Shown: one piece after another, positions 50,081 to 62,908 of the stretch
Layout of the letters: each line of letters opens with the position of its first letter
Numbering within the stretch: the stretch's first letter is position 1
Assembly: GCA_030390025.1 (NCBI GenBank)
Contig: CM059432.1
Span: 51,648,001-51,712,000 of the forward strand
Direction of reading: 5' to 3'
Length of the DNA: 64,000 nucleotides
Source of the DNA: Squalus acanthias
Lineage: Eukaryota
Notes under the pieces: generated by a model
The model's database searches: none
Told to the model about the DNA's origin: nothing
What the model saw: only the letters and a program-made list of their open reading frames with translations
Position numbers and translations under genes: made by a program

Positions 50081-50514
50081 GGCCCGGAATTTGTGGTGGA
50101 CAATAACTGCGAACGAACAGCGTTCGCTGTTATTACCCCTTTGAAACTGACCGCAACTTCTGGATTTAGAGCATGCGCATCCTAACGCAAAATCCTGAAG
50201 TTGCGGTCAGTCATTCCCCATGTGAGAGCCCCAATCTTTGTTTTGCTTTCTATAACATTTTTAAAAAGTTAGAATGAAAGGAGCTTCTTCACTTCCTGGT
50301 TCTCGGTCTGTGAGAATTCTGCATTGTGATTGGCTGCTTAGACAGCTCATTGACGTCACAGCAGCTCGCACTAGGAATTCCCCCATTATCTTACACTGAT
50401 CTCAAATGAATGTTGAAAAAGCCGAACTTCTCGCCCCAAAATCTTTGTGGGAAGCTTTCTTCGGGTTCCGGCAGCGACTACCTTTGCTTCGCCGCTGACC
50501 GCAAATTACGGGCC
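50081..50514. mobile_element. Harbinger-type MITE (family E)
   Basis: TIR GGCCCGGAATTTGTGG / CCGCAAATTACGGGCC, TSD ATT. Confidence 0.85.
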
Positions 50515-50599
50515 ATTAATAGCTATATCACTTATGCAATCTTTGTTAGAAAGTCAAATGGAAATATTTTCTTAATGGTGAGAGGAGCAAAGAGATTTA

Positions 50600-51062
50600 A
50601 AGAAAGACTTACATTTATATAGCGCCTTTCACAACCTCAGGACATCCCAAAGTGCTTTACAACCAATGAAGTACTTTTGAAGTGTAGTCACTGTTGTATT
50701 GTAGGAAACGTGGCAGCCAATTTTCACACAGCAAGCTCTCACAAACAGCAATGTGATAATGACCAGATAACTGTTTTAGTGATGTTGATTGAGGGATAAT
50801 TATAGGCCACGACACCGGGGATAACTCCCCTGCTCTTTTTTGAAATAATGACATGGGATCTTTTACGCCCTCTTGAGAGAGCAGATGCGGCGTCAGTTTA
50901 ACGTCTCATCCGAAAGATAGCACCTCTGACAGTGCAGCACTCCCTCAGTACTGCACTGGAGTGTCAGCCTAGATTTTTGTGCTCAAGTCTCTGGAATGGG
51001 GCTTGAACCCACAACCTTCTCGCTCAGAGGTGAGAGTGCTGCCCACTAAGCCACAGCTGACA
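50600..51062 (-). mobile_element. Deu-domain tRNA-derived SINE (SacSINE1-like) with an L2-type tail
   Basis: Minus strand: head GTGGCTTAGTGG...GGTTCAAGCCCC, Deu-like core CTTTCGGATGAGACGTTAAAC...AAAAGATCCCATG, tail AAAGGCGCTATATAAATG. Confidence 0.85.
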
Positions 51063-51748
51063 CATTTAGGAGTCCACATACACAAATCACTAAAAGATAG
51101 TTCACAGGTACAAAAAGTAATCAAAAAGGCCAATGGAATGTTGGCTTTTATCTTGAGGATGTTGGAATTCAAAAGTGAGGAAGTGATGCTTCAGTTGTAA
51201 GGTCTTGGTCAGACACCATCTGGAGTATTGCGTTCAGTTTTGGGCATTGAACTTCAGGAAATATATATTGGCCTGAGAGGGAGGTACAGCACAGATTCAC
51301 CAGAATGATATTTGGACTTAAAGGATTAAATTATGAGGCCAGGTTGTAATTTTTTGAGTTTAGGAGGTTGAGCTGATCGAATTAAGGTATTTAAAATGAT
51401 AAAGGAATTTGATCGGGTAGATACAGAGAAACTATCTCTTCTGGTGGGGAATCCAGAACAAGAGGGCATAATCTTAAAATTAAAGATAGGGCATATAGGA
51501 ATGAAATCAGAAAGCACTTTCTCACACAAAGGGTAGTAGAAATCTGGAATTTGTTCCCCCAAAAGGCTATGGATGCTGGGTCAATTTAAATTTTCAAGAC
51601 TGAGATCGATAGATTTATGTTAGATAAGGGTACCAAGGGATATGGAGCAAAGGCAGGTAAATGGAGTTGAGGTTCAAATCAGCCGTGATCTAATTGAATG
51701 GCAGAACACGCTTGAGGGGTTGAATGGCCTACTCCTGTTCTATATTCT
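51063..51748 (+). mobile_element. CR1 LINE 3' fragment
   Basis: [18 protein letters not shown] and a CR1-type 3' UTR. Confidence 0.88.
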
Positions 51749-51756
51749 AAGGTTCC

Positions 51757-52737
51757 TAAGGACAGTGTCCTAGGCCCAACCATCTTCAGCTGCTTCATCA
51801 ATGACCTTCCCTCCAACATAAGGTCAGAAATGGGGATGTTCACTGATGACTGCACAGTGTTCAGCGCCATTCACAACTCCTGAGATAATGAAGCAGCCCA
51901 TGCCTGCATGCAACAAGACCTGGATGACGTTCAGGCTTTGGCTGATAAATGGCAGGTAACATTCGTGCCACAGAAGTGCCAGGCAATGACTATCTCCAAC
52001 AAGCGAGAGTCTAACCACCTCCCCTTGACATTCAATGGCATTACCATCGCCGAATCCCCCTCCATCAACATCCTGGGGGTCACCATTGACCAGAAACTTA
52101 ACTGGACCAGCCACATAAATACTGTGGCAACAAGAGCAGGTCAGAGGCTAGGTATTCTGCGGCAAGTGTCTCACCTCCTGACTCCCCAAAGCCTTTCCAC
52201 CATCTACAAGGCACAAGTAAGGAGTGTGATGGAATACACTCCACTTGCCTGGATGAGTGCAGCTCCAACAACACTCAAGAAGCTCGACACCATCCAGGAC
52301 AAAGCAGCCCGCTTGATTGGCACCCCATCCACCACCTTAAACATTCACTCCCTCCACCACCGGCGTACCGTAGCTTCAGTGTGTACCATCTACAAGATGC
52401 ACTGCAGCAACTCGCCAAGGCTTCTTCGGCAGCATCTCCCAAACCCGCAACCTCTTCCACCTAGGACAAGGGCAGCAGGGGCATGGGAACACCACCACCT
52501 CCAAGTTCCCCTCCAAGTCACACACCATCCTGACGTAGAAGTATATCGCCGATCCTTCATCGTCGCTGGGTCAAAATCCTGGAACTCCCTACCTAACAGC
52601 ACTGTAGGAGTACCTTCACCACACGGACTGCAGCGGTTGAAGAAGGCGGCTCACCACCACCTTTTCAAGGGCAATTAGGGATGGGCAATAAATGCTGGCC
52701 TTGCCAGCGACGCCCAGAACCCATAAGCGAATAAAAA
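51757..52737 (+). mobile_element. CR1-group LINE 3' portion (RT end plus tail)
   Basis: SVLGPTIFSCFINDLP, MFTDD, QQDLDDVQALADKWQVTF, YKAQVRSVMEY. Tail GGGCAATAAATGCTGGCCTTGCCAGCGACGCCC. Confidence 0.88.
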
Positions 52738-52891
52738 TATCTATATATACTGATTGACATAAGTACGGTGGTAACAGAACACATCAGTGATAAGCTGAAA
52801 AATTTGAGTTTGGATGATAAAGCAGGGTAAGGTTTGCCTAACTGGTCTTATTCTTCAATGGAAGAAGAGGAAAAAGGGAAGCCAGCTGTGA

Positions 52892-53506
52892 TAAGAACAT
52901 AAGAAATAGGAGCAGGAGTAGGCCATTCGGCCCTTCGAGCCTGCTCCACCATTCAATGAGATCATGGCTGATCTTCTGCCTCAATTCCATTCACTGGCCT
53001 TATCATCATATCCCTTGATGCCCTTACTAGTCAGAAATCTATCGACTTCTGTTCTGAATATACCCAATGACTGAGCCTCCACAACCCTCTGGGGTAGAGA
53101 ATTCCAAAGATTCACCACCCTCTGGGTGAAGTAATTTTTTCTCATCTCAGTCCTGAATGGCCTACCCTTTATCCTGAGGCTGTGGCCCCTGGTTCTAGAC
53201 TCCCCAGGCAAGGGAAACATTCTCCCAGCATCCACCCTATCAAGCCCTGCAATAATTTTGTATGCTTCAATGAGATCCACTCTCATTCTTCTGAATTCAA
53301 GAGAATACAGGCCTACTTTACTCAATCTCTTCTCATATGACAGTCCCACCATCCCAGGAATCAATCTCGTGAACCTTCATTGCACTCCCTCTATGGCAAG
53401 TATATCCTTCCTTAGGTAAGGAGACCAAAATTGTACACAGTACTCCAGGTGTGATCTTACCAAGGCCCTATATAATTGGAGTAAGACTTCTTTACTCCTG
53501 TACTCC
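52892..53506 (-). mobile_element. CR1 LINE 3' fragment
   Basis: IPGMVGLSYEKRL...FTQRVVNLWNSLP and a (TTCTTATG) tail. Confidence 0.92.
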
Positions 53507-54087
53507 TGATCGTACCTTATGTAGTAAATATTGAACATTTTCAAATCAGGATTGCTTTAAGTCTGAGGTAGGACTTGGTCATGGTCCATCTATGTGATTG
53601 CTGTTTTGTAATGCTAAGGTATACATTCAATACATAAGCAGAAGTTCCAAGATGTCATAAAAAGAAAGTTTCTTACCATTGTGTAGTAATTGTGACAGCT
53701 GATAAATACCTTCATATGTATATTATTTCCCCTGCTCCCTCCCCGCTACTTAATCCTTACAGATTGCACATACCTGATATTGTGTGTCCTGAGTGGCAGC
53801 TATACAAATATTTCTTCCTGTTATTTGGTTCCTGTAAAAGTCTTTCAAGCCATATACTTGCATAATATAGGTGACAATTTTTGATTAGTGCTCTTCATGC
53901 ATAGCCTTGATCAACAGAAGGGCAAATCGGACATTCAGGTGTAGAGCTCAACGTGCCCGATTTGCAGCCTTCCCAATTTTCTGGTTATTAATTTTAATCC
54001 CTTTGTGCATGCCACTAGTCTATCTAAGTTTGTATAGTTTTACTATTGCTGAATTTTGATGTTTCATTTCTATCCATTTCCTACACT

Positions 54088-54826
54088 GGCCCTAAATTTG
54101 TTGTCAGAGGCTTCCCGCGGGGTAATGCCTCCGATCCACAAATAAAATCCGAGCCTACCTGGTGGTCCGGGAGGTACGGAGACTCGCAGTCCTGGGCCTC
54201 TCCGGGTACCCGCGGGAAGAGGCCCACATATCCCAGGGGCGCAGGTGGATCACAAGCGCACCTGGGATCACGTGGGCCGGCCCAACGCATGGCAGAAGAG
54301 AATACCCATTCATTCTTATGGGCATTCCGTATGTATGGAAACCCCATAAGTATGAATGGGAACACCCCCAAAAATACATCTACACATCAAATTTTTTTTT
54401 TAAATCACACTTTTAAAATTAGTTAAAATGGCATTTAATTAAATATTTAAAACAAAAATTTAATTTTTTGAAAAATAAATTTACATGTTTTAAAGGGGCT
54501 AAAATAAACTTACCTTATTTCACAGGTTTTTAAATATAAATTATTGATTACATTTTATTTTTCTGTTTTTTAAAACTCTTACACTGGTATCAGGCGTAAG
54601 AATTTCACGGGCATTCGCTGGGCAGAAGTTGGGCAAATAGTGCAACTCTCTACCCGCGGATGCCCTTTTCCCGGGGATGTGGATGATCTGTCAAGAAGAT
54701 TATTGACAGATCGCAAGTTCTGGGTTTTAGCGCATGCGCAGCGTGTGCCTAAACCTGGAACATGCGCGGCCCTTATGGGCGCGTACACACCTCGTACGCG
54801 CCCGTAGGGGCCGCAAATTACAGCCC
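54088..54826 (-). mobile_element. Diverged relative of MITE family A, inverted
   Basis: Shares GGCCCACGTGATCCCAGG, AAGGTAAGTTTATTTTAGCCCC and the AT-rich core on the minus strand. Flanks ACT/ATT. Sits in a SINE tail. Confidence 0.8.
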
Positions 54827-57800
54827 ATTACAACAGTGACTGCATTTCAAAAAAGTACTTCATTGGCTGTAAAGCGCTTTGGGACATCCAGTGGTCGTGA
54901 TAGATACTATATAAATGCAAGTCTTTCTTTTTTCTTTCATTTTAAATACATTAGTCCATGTAGCCTATAAAAGTTCTAGTTTGTGTTTGGTATTCTACCA
55001 TACCACAGTGGTTGATAGTCTACTACAAGACTACCAGGCTGATTTGTATTCACTACCACCCCGTTTGTGCCTATAAGCTGGGCAATAGTGGGATGAAAAT
55101 TGCAATAAAACGGAAAAAAACACTGGGGGTCCGACCGTTCTAATCTTTGGGCAGGCCTCGATCTAGACGGCCAACAGAACTGGAACCAGGCCGAGGCCTA
55201 ATAAATATATGCAAATAGGGGTCAATTGACGTTGTCAGTTCACTCAATGCCCTCAACATGTGCTGCCACTGCAATCTCGTCAACCTACCCACAAACCATG
55301 GGCAGTACAGGTCAGGAAGCAACAATTTCCAGTGGTATTGAAAGGGATCCATAGCTGTAGTCAGGGAAAGCTGAAAGCAGGTCTGCAACTAATTTTTTTC
55401 TGAAGTCTCTTGTGCGTTTTGAGCTTCAAAGATTTCCATTCATTTATCCCCTTACTGCTCTGGATGCTACAAAAATTTCCCTGCTAAAAACTGTTGCTCT
55501 ATTTCAATCCCGAAACTTCCACCCTACCCCTTTAAGGTGCTGCTGCAGGCCAATGACAATCGGCTGCCCTCCCAAACAGCCAGCTGCCTAATAGCAGTGT
55601 GATTGGTACTGACAACTCTCCTATTGTATTTACATGAGATCCAACCACTAAAATCAATTGGGCCTCCCACTGACCTCTTCGAGCGGGCAGAGCGAATGCC
55701 CCACCCACTGCCTGCCCAATATGTGCCAGAGATGGAAGTTGGTCCCTGTGTATATTCCAGTACATGGATCACCATAAGTTGATAATTGTTAGTCCTGTGC
55801 TTCACACGCATTCCGCAAGGGAAGACTGCAAACAGATACAACTTCTGGAACTAGGGCACAAGGTCCAATTACAGGAGAGAATCAGTACTTTAAAATACCT
55901 TAAATGGCAACCTTCTTCCCATTTGAATCCAGTCCCACTGGTCCAGTGCCGACTGTTCCTTTTACAAATTTCTCCTGCTGTTGGTTTGGAGTGACATTTA
56001 AAAATGTACTAAGGGGAGATGGTGTCAACATGAATGATTCTCATATATCATGCATGAGTGTTGACAGGCATGAAAAAGGAAGTTAGAAAAAATGTTTAGC
56101 AAATATTATTATTTTTAACCTCATTTGAATTGAAGAGTACTACGTTTGCAAATTCCCAACATATATGGAATACTTTTTGTATCTGGAATAGTGGGCCATT
56201 CATTACCATTTATTTTGATTTGCTATCTCAGTGTCAGTAATTCATTCATTCACAGTGACTAAAAAAAGGTTTATTAATGCCCGCTTCTCTTATGGTAGGG
56301 CTGTCTCACATTATTAAAGACTTCAGCTATGTCTCTCCCTCAGGATTACATAGAACTGCTGGCTGAGTGAGGATTGCTCCAATTTTGTTAAGCCCCGATT
56401 TTTGTTTTTAACTACAGCGACCACAAAATACAGATAGCTTCAGGGAAGATGTGATCATTGCCCAAACAATTATTCTTTAATATAACTAATTAGAAATTAT
56501 TGGTAAGCTCCAGAATCAAAGGTTTGTGAAAGATTAGGCTCAGAATTGAAGCTCCGAGTCATTTTGCTCCAGTGCTTCTGAAGCATAAATTGCAGCTGCG
56601 GCCCATTTAGTGAGCAACCCGCCCACGAAGCGAGACTGAATGGTAAGTGTTAGGCATCAGTCTCCACATTAAACTTTTCATTTTATTATTAATACCATAA
56701 TGTAAAACTATCTATGTACATTTCAGATTTTATCAAACTCTTTGCGCCCATTTTATGGGCATGAAAGGGGTGGAACAAGGCACAATTTTGGAGCCCAATG
56801 TCCTGTGCCCCAAGGATGCCTGAAAAACGTCCGCCCCAACATTGGGTCGGGTCTTTTTTTGGGCAACATTGGTGGCTGCCTAAATCAGGTGTTAAGTCCT
56901 TTAGATATGTAAATTAGGGGCCCACTGTCTGTTTTAGGTCCCCTCACAGACATTGGGCAGGTTGCCCCACTCAGGATTTGTCAGTGGCCACTGTAGCCTA
57001 AACAGCAGCTGCCATGAATGGTACGTTTTTTCCAAAGACATTTTGAAAAAAAACCTTTATGTGCAGCCAGAATCGTGAGGACTACCCCTTCCCCCAACCC
57101 ACCCCACCCCTCCCGAGGCCTAATTTCGGACCAGCATCGAGCCTCTCGGTTGGGACGCATGCTGCCTGCGCAGCGCCGAGTCTGGACCCAAAAACGGAAT
57201 GATAACAGAAAATATTCGTAATGCACAGCAGTTTGATCATCAGCTGAAAGGGAAAAGTAGGTTGACATTATCAGCAGGGTCGCATTCAAAATATTAATTT
57301 ATCAGATAACGATGCATGTCCAGCAGCTTTTGTTTTATGTCATATTACAAGCATTTACAGATTTTCTTTCATCTCCAGTACATGTTATGTCTAAGTTTGA
57401 TTTTTTTAAGGCCATGCCCTAGACTACTGTACATGTAATGGATAATTTTACAAATAGACACTCCCAGCTAGGAGCTTCAACCAACAGCGAATTATGGGGA
57501 GCCGCTGCCCGAATTCCTGATGTGTGTTCTCAGCAGGTGAAGCTCCATGCCTGGAACACAAATTTGTAAAGTTACACCTATAAAGTATGTTTTTATCCAT
57601 TTTTCTCATCCTCATGTCCTCTCACTTAGGAGATTAGGATTTTCCAGCCCAGAGATTTTCAAATGACAGAAAAGAGTAGATGGGTTTCTTTCTGTAATAT
57701 TGCATTCCGAATTAAACATTGGAGATAGTTCCCTATTTATTTTAACAGGACTAGCGATGAATGGGAGAAAATGTTTAAAAATGAGGCAGGTTCCAAAGCA

Positions 57801-57922
57801 GTTCACTAAATGGATATTGCAATGATTTGTTTCAAATATCATTAGTTTTTAAATGTCTCCTCTAATCTCTTACTAAAAAGAATAGATTTGCCTCCCACAC
57901 TGAGCAAATGGAAGAACATTTT

Positions 57923-58711
57923 GGACCAGATACTACTGTCAAAATAATGGTGGGGCTAATGGCGCTCGCCGTTATTTATGTGTAAATGGTACAGCAACTT
58001 CAGGCAAGGAGCAGATGCGCGGTTAAATGCAAATATCCAAAAGTTGCTGTCTGAGTTGCGCCACTCCACCGTTACCTTCGCAAAAATGGCATTTTGCTGT
58101 CTGCCACACCATTGACATGCAATGAATGTCGTGAAGTTTCTGTATTTGTGTGGCAGATACAAACTAAACCCGCCGTAGATATTTAGGACTAGCAATTACA
58201 AGTGTAAGTACCCTTTTAACGATGTAATAAGTGTTAATGACAGCCAATCAACCTCTCTAGCACTGAAAATTAACAAATGGAAGTGTGGAATCTCATTCCT
58301 TCAGTTTGTGAATTGTGAATTTAGGAGATTTTAAAAATGTCAAATTTTAAACGTTAAAATTTTTTTCTTACTTTTCCTTTCTGTCTCTATTTTCTCTCTC
58401 TCTCTTAATCCAATTTTTTTTTCCCTCTCTTTATTTCTCTTTCTGTACCTGATTTGACATTGAATTCACCCATTTTAATTCATCCTCCTTCTCAGTCCTT
58501 CCTCTGTTTATTTCCCAATCCTTAAATCTCATTGATTAAGGAGATACCCTGTTGGTTGCCCTGCTCACTCAGGTCCCAGGTGCCTGGTTTCCCTCGCTGC
58601 GCCGTTATCAGCTCGCTCTTTCAGCAACTTTGTTTTGAGCTGAAGGGTGCAGGGGCAAGTCTAACTAACGGCAAATGCCATTAGTTGCCATGCTAGAGCA
58701 AAATCTGGCCC
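57923..58711. mobile_element. Harbinger-type MITE (family F)
   Basis: Ends GGACCAGATA / AAAATCTGGCCC, flanks TTT/ATT. The left part (CAACTTC..GCAGATGCGC..AAATCC..AAGTTGC) resembles 50130-50210. Confidence 0.6.
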
Positions 58712-59049
58712 ATTGTTTATTACTATATTGAAATATTAGTTGTTTAAACTACAGTTTTTTTTTTCATTTTTCTCCTCTAATAGAGCCACCCTCCTGCTAT
58801 TGTCCCAGAGCTGAGACGATGGTGCTGTGGACTTCTTCATGATGACAATCAATTCAAGGGGTCCTTAAACAGGTGTTAGGCCCCTCATTAGCATATGCAA
58901 GGGGTTGTTAGACACCTCCGAAATGGCTTGATGCAATTTCAGGTTGGATTTTTTCAGTCGTATCTTGGGACACAGTTTGTTGGACCCCGAAATTAGATCT
59001 TGTTGACCCCATTGTATACCTGTCATATCCACCCCAAATTGTTTTTATT

Positions 59050-59640
59050 TGAGAAACCTAGATGAAGGACCTAGCCTCATAGTGCAGGAGACTATCAACA
59101 TTGGAAAAAGTAGGAAGGAAGTCAAGCTAAAACGGGAAGCAGTGATTGGATCATTGCAGCTTGGGTTTTAAAAGCATGTTATTAAAAACCCACAGGAGAC
59201 TGAGCAAGGTGAGGAGATCCACAATTGTGAGGCCTTGGTAAAGGAGACAGTGAAGTATCTTGAATTTCAACAGATTGAGGATGGTAAAAGGAGGATAGGC
59301 ATTTCGAGTGCCTTTTATATTGCCACTGTTTAGCTCAGATTCTGTGAGCCCGGTGTCTGTGACCTAGCTCTTGCCATTTACACTGCTAAATATGGCTCCC
59401 TTATTCAAGCGACGGACTCATTGGGCCACAAAAAACTGGGTCTCCCAAATCTGAACTAAAACATCATCAGTATAAAAACAGCTTATGGTGGTGGACTTGG
59501 GCTTTCGGAGGAATAGAAGAGCAAATTTCAGAAAAGCACTGATTGTAGTAATTTCAATAATGTAGAGAAAGACATAAAAGCTGGCAATAGGGAAAGAGGT
59601 TATGGACGAGAGACAAGAAAGAGTTTGTATGGAGGAAAAG
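59050..59640 (-). mobile_element. Possible ancient L1-like RT remnant
   Basis: Minus strand CATAAGCTGTTTTTATACTGATGATGTTTTAGTT resembles HKLSLYADDVL. Otherwise heavily decayed. Confidence 0.4.
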
Positions 59641-59948
59641 ATAGTACATTCATGTTTACATACCTGTGAGACTGACACAGAATACATTTTCAACTACTGT
59701 GAAGCACTTCACCTAGGCTTCCATGAAAACAACTGAGGTTGGCAAATTTGAGTATGTAGTATTTTGAAATATAATGCTCAGTCAGTACAATTTAACCATC
59801 CATTTTCAGTGAATTTTTGATTTTTAAACGTATTCAAGTTACGGTTTTTGTTCTTAAGGCCTTCCACTCTACAAAAATCAATACCAGTAAGTACATTGCT
59901 CCTGTTCCAATGGAATTATTTTATTCCAGTCATTTCAATAATCACTTT

Positions 59949-60918
59949 GACCCTGATAGTAGCTCAGAGGCAGGGAGCAAATGGGGGAGGACTGTTTTGA
60001 GGTCAAGAAGACCGGAAGAATAAGTTTCCCTCCGGTCCTGCTGAATTTAACAGCAGGACCTGATTAAAATTTTATGTCTCCGTTTCCTGGCAGCAGTCAG
60101 CCAGATTGAGACTGTCAGATGGGTAGGCTTTCAGCACCAGGCCGCAGCTGGGGAGCAAAGAGGAGGGAGCGATTGGAGGCCCCGGGGGGAGATTGGAAGG
60201 TTCGGTGATGGAGGAGATTGGAAGGGCCTCGGGGGAAATCGGACCGGCCTCATGGGGGAGATCGGAAGGACCTCGGGGGGGGGGTGGGGGATCGGAAAGG
60301 GTCGGTGGTGGAGGAGATCGGAGGCCTCGGGGTGGGGGGGGAGATCGGAAGGGCCTCGGGGGAAATCGGACTGGCCTCAAGGGGGAGATTGGAAGCGTCA
60401 GTGGTGGAAGAGATCAGAGGCCTGGGGGTGGGTGGGGTGGTGGGGGGGGAGGGAGATCGGGGGATGCGGGGGGAGATCGGAGGAGTCAGGGGGGAGATCA
60501 GAAGTGTCGGGGGGAGATCGGAGGAGTCGGGGGAGATCGGAGGAGTCGGGGGGAGATCGGAAGGCTTGTCCAATCACGGAGGGTGCGTGAAGTAGGTAAA
60601 CTGGATCCAGCAAGTAAGCAGGAAAGACACTTACCTGCTGGATCCAGCAGTCCTCGCCTTCCTTTACCTACCAGGGTTCTCGAGGCTTGGGAAATTTTGG
60701 GTTCAATTTTAAATGGTGGTTAATTCTGAGGTACGCAGCCTCATTATAATATTTCAATGCCCAACCCGCCTCCTGCGAGCGGGTTGGTTGCCCGCCCCAT
60801 CCCGCCTCAGTTAAAACCGGAAGTGGGTGGGTTGGAGGCATGTTGGGGTTGGGTTTTAGATTTTTTACATTTTTACATGTCACCCGACCCAGACCCACCC
60901 GTTTTTTAAATTTCCCCC
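59949..60918 (+). mobile_element. Family D element with a G-rich GGAGATCGGA minisatellite core (about 60165-60560)
   Basis: Subterminal hairpin 60034-60060, CTGGATCCAG hairpin 60601-60647, and a 3' arm homologous to 6900-7199. Confidence 0.8.
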
Positions 60919-61257
60919 TTTATTTCTAGTTATGCTTTGACGTCAGCTTCAGTTCAAAAAGATTACCAGCTGCTTGCTGATTTGAAATGTATGAAATTAA
61001 CCTGAAATTAGCAGAAATACTTGAAAAAGAGATATGGCCCAATTTGAAATTGATCGTGATTGAAATTTTAAAAATGTCCAATTCATGCAGTATTTTCAGT
61101 CTTGGTTACAGACTTATGCTGTATCTGAAGAGGAGTCTCATTTTGATTTCTTCTCACATTCATACTGCTTTCACCCTGTTGTATTTAGTTAAGAGGCAAC
61201 AATTTTTTTTAGAAGAATTCAAGTTTGTTACACTGATATATGAAAGAAGGAGCTTTA

Positions 61258-62537
61258 AGGGAACAGTAGCATAGTGGTTATGTTACTGGACTAGTAATCC
61301 AGAGGCCTTGACTAATGATCCAAAGAGATGGGGGGAAAAATTCAGTATCGCCCTGTTTGGGGCGCAATTATCGGCCGGGCGCAAAGATTAGGGCCTGGCG
61401 CTAATTATCGCCTCCGACTGCAAACTTGACTTTTATCGCCCCTGGAGGTGATTGGAGCGCTAAATCAGGCGCTACACATCTGTCTTAAGGCGCAAAGGCC
61501 GAGGAGCGAGGCGCTAACTCAGAGCGCTGGCGAAGCTCCTGTGATCTCAGTCAGCAATGAAACACAGACACAATGGCCCCGGCCAGTTCTTAAAGGGGAG
61601 GGTTGATCTTGCTTTCCATCCACATCCTGCTCATTGCAGCCTTGAATCTCGGCCTGGAGAAACCTGTACATCAAATCTGCTGGAAAGAACAATGGAGAGT
61701 ACCAGGGAAAGAGCTCAGAGTGCAGCATCCACAGTCTCTTCTAAATCGATACAAGGAAGGGCAAATCAAAATGAACCTGCAAAGTGCTGCTCAGTACCCA
61801 AAACGCCTTCACACAGCGTTGAATCTCTCCAGAAGTCTCTCTCTCTCTCTCTCTCAGAATGTGTGGTTCAAAAATGTCGCCAACAAAAAAAGGCAGGAAG
61901 CGTTCGCCTTTAAATAGCACTCCCCCAGTCCCTTCCTGACTGCAAAACGCTCCCCTCAACCTGTCGTTGCTAGCGGCAGGCGGTAAGGCAGGGGGCGCCA
62001 CTCAATATCCGCTCCGGGGTGCTACCGGGGTGTTGCGCACTTGACTGACATCACGATCTGCCGGCGCAGGAGATCGTGGCGGTACTGTTTAGTGCTGCCG
62101 CAAAATGTCTAGTTAATTTCGCGAGCGGCGCAAACATCGCCACGCCCGGGCGCTAGTTGCTTTGCGCCCCATTAGCGCCCTCTTAAGGCGCTAATGGGAG
62201 GCGCAACCAACTGAATTTTTCCCCCATGAATTCAAATCCCACCACAGCAGCTGGGGAATTTAAATTCAGTTAATTAAATAAAACTGGAATAAAAAGAAAA
62301 CTAGTATCAGTAATGGTGACCATGAAACTACTGGATTGTCATAAAAACCCATTTGATTTACTAATGTCCTTTAGGGAAGGAAATCTGCTGTCCTTACCTG
62401 GTCTGGCCTAGAGGTGACCCCAGCAATGTGGTTGACTCTTAACCTGCCCTCTGAAATGGTCACGAAGGTGGCTCATCTCGTGGGCAATATATGCTGATTT
62501 GATAGCGATGCCCACATCCTGTGAATGAATTTTTTTT
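61258..62537 (+). mobile_element. tRNA-derived SINE split by MITE B3
   Basis: A-box-like TAGCATAGTGG. B-box-like (G)AATTCAAATCCC directly after the MITE. Tail GGGCAATATATGCTG...AGCGATGCCCACATCC shared with the LINE at 51757-52737. Confidence 0.8.
61331..62225 (-). mobile_element. MITE family B copy 3 (895 bp, inverted)
   Basis: TIR GGGGGAAAAATTCAGT / ACTGAATTTTTCCCCC, TSD ATG. Confidence 0.93.
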
Positions 62538-62544
62538 AATTCTA

Positions 62545-62908
62545 TCGTGCCTTTCATGACTGCAAAGTGCTTTACAGCCAATTAAGTACTTTTGAAGTGT
62601 AGTCAATGTTGTAATGTAGGAAATGCGGCAGCCAATTTGCACAAACGAAGGTCCCACAAACAGCAATGAGATTGATATTGGCCAGGACACCGGGGAGAAC
62701 CCCCCTGCACTTCTTTGAATAGTGCCAGGGTTTTATTTTACATCCACCTGAGAGGGCAGACGGGGCTTCATCTCATCTGCCAGTACAGCACACCTTCAGT
62801 ACTGCACTGAAGTGTCGGCCTATATTATGTACTCAAGCTTCTGGAATGGGGCTTGAATCCACAGCCTACTGACTCAGAGGCAAGAGTGCTACTACTGAGT
62901 CAATGCTG
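62545..62908 (-). mobile_element. Deu-domain SINE, second copy with deletions
   Basis: Colinear with 50600-51062. Confidence 0.82.

Noticed and set aside
50995..51062. tRNA genes suggested by A/B-box motifs (also about 21270-21330 and 61260)
   Set aside because: They are SINE heads continuous with SINE bodies; no complete cloverleaf is evident.
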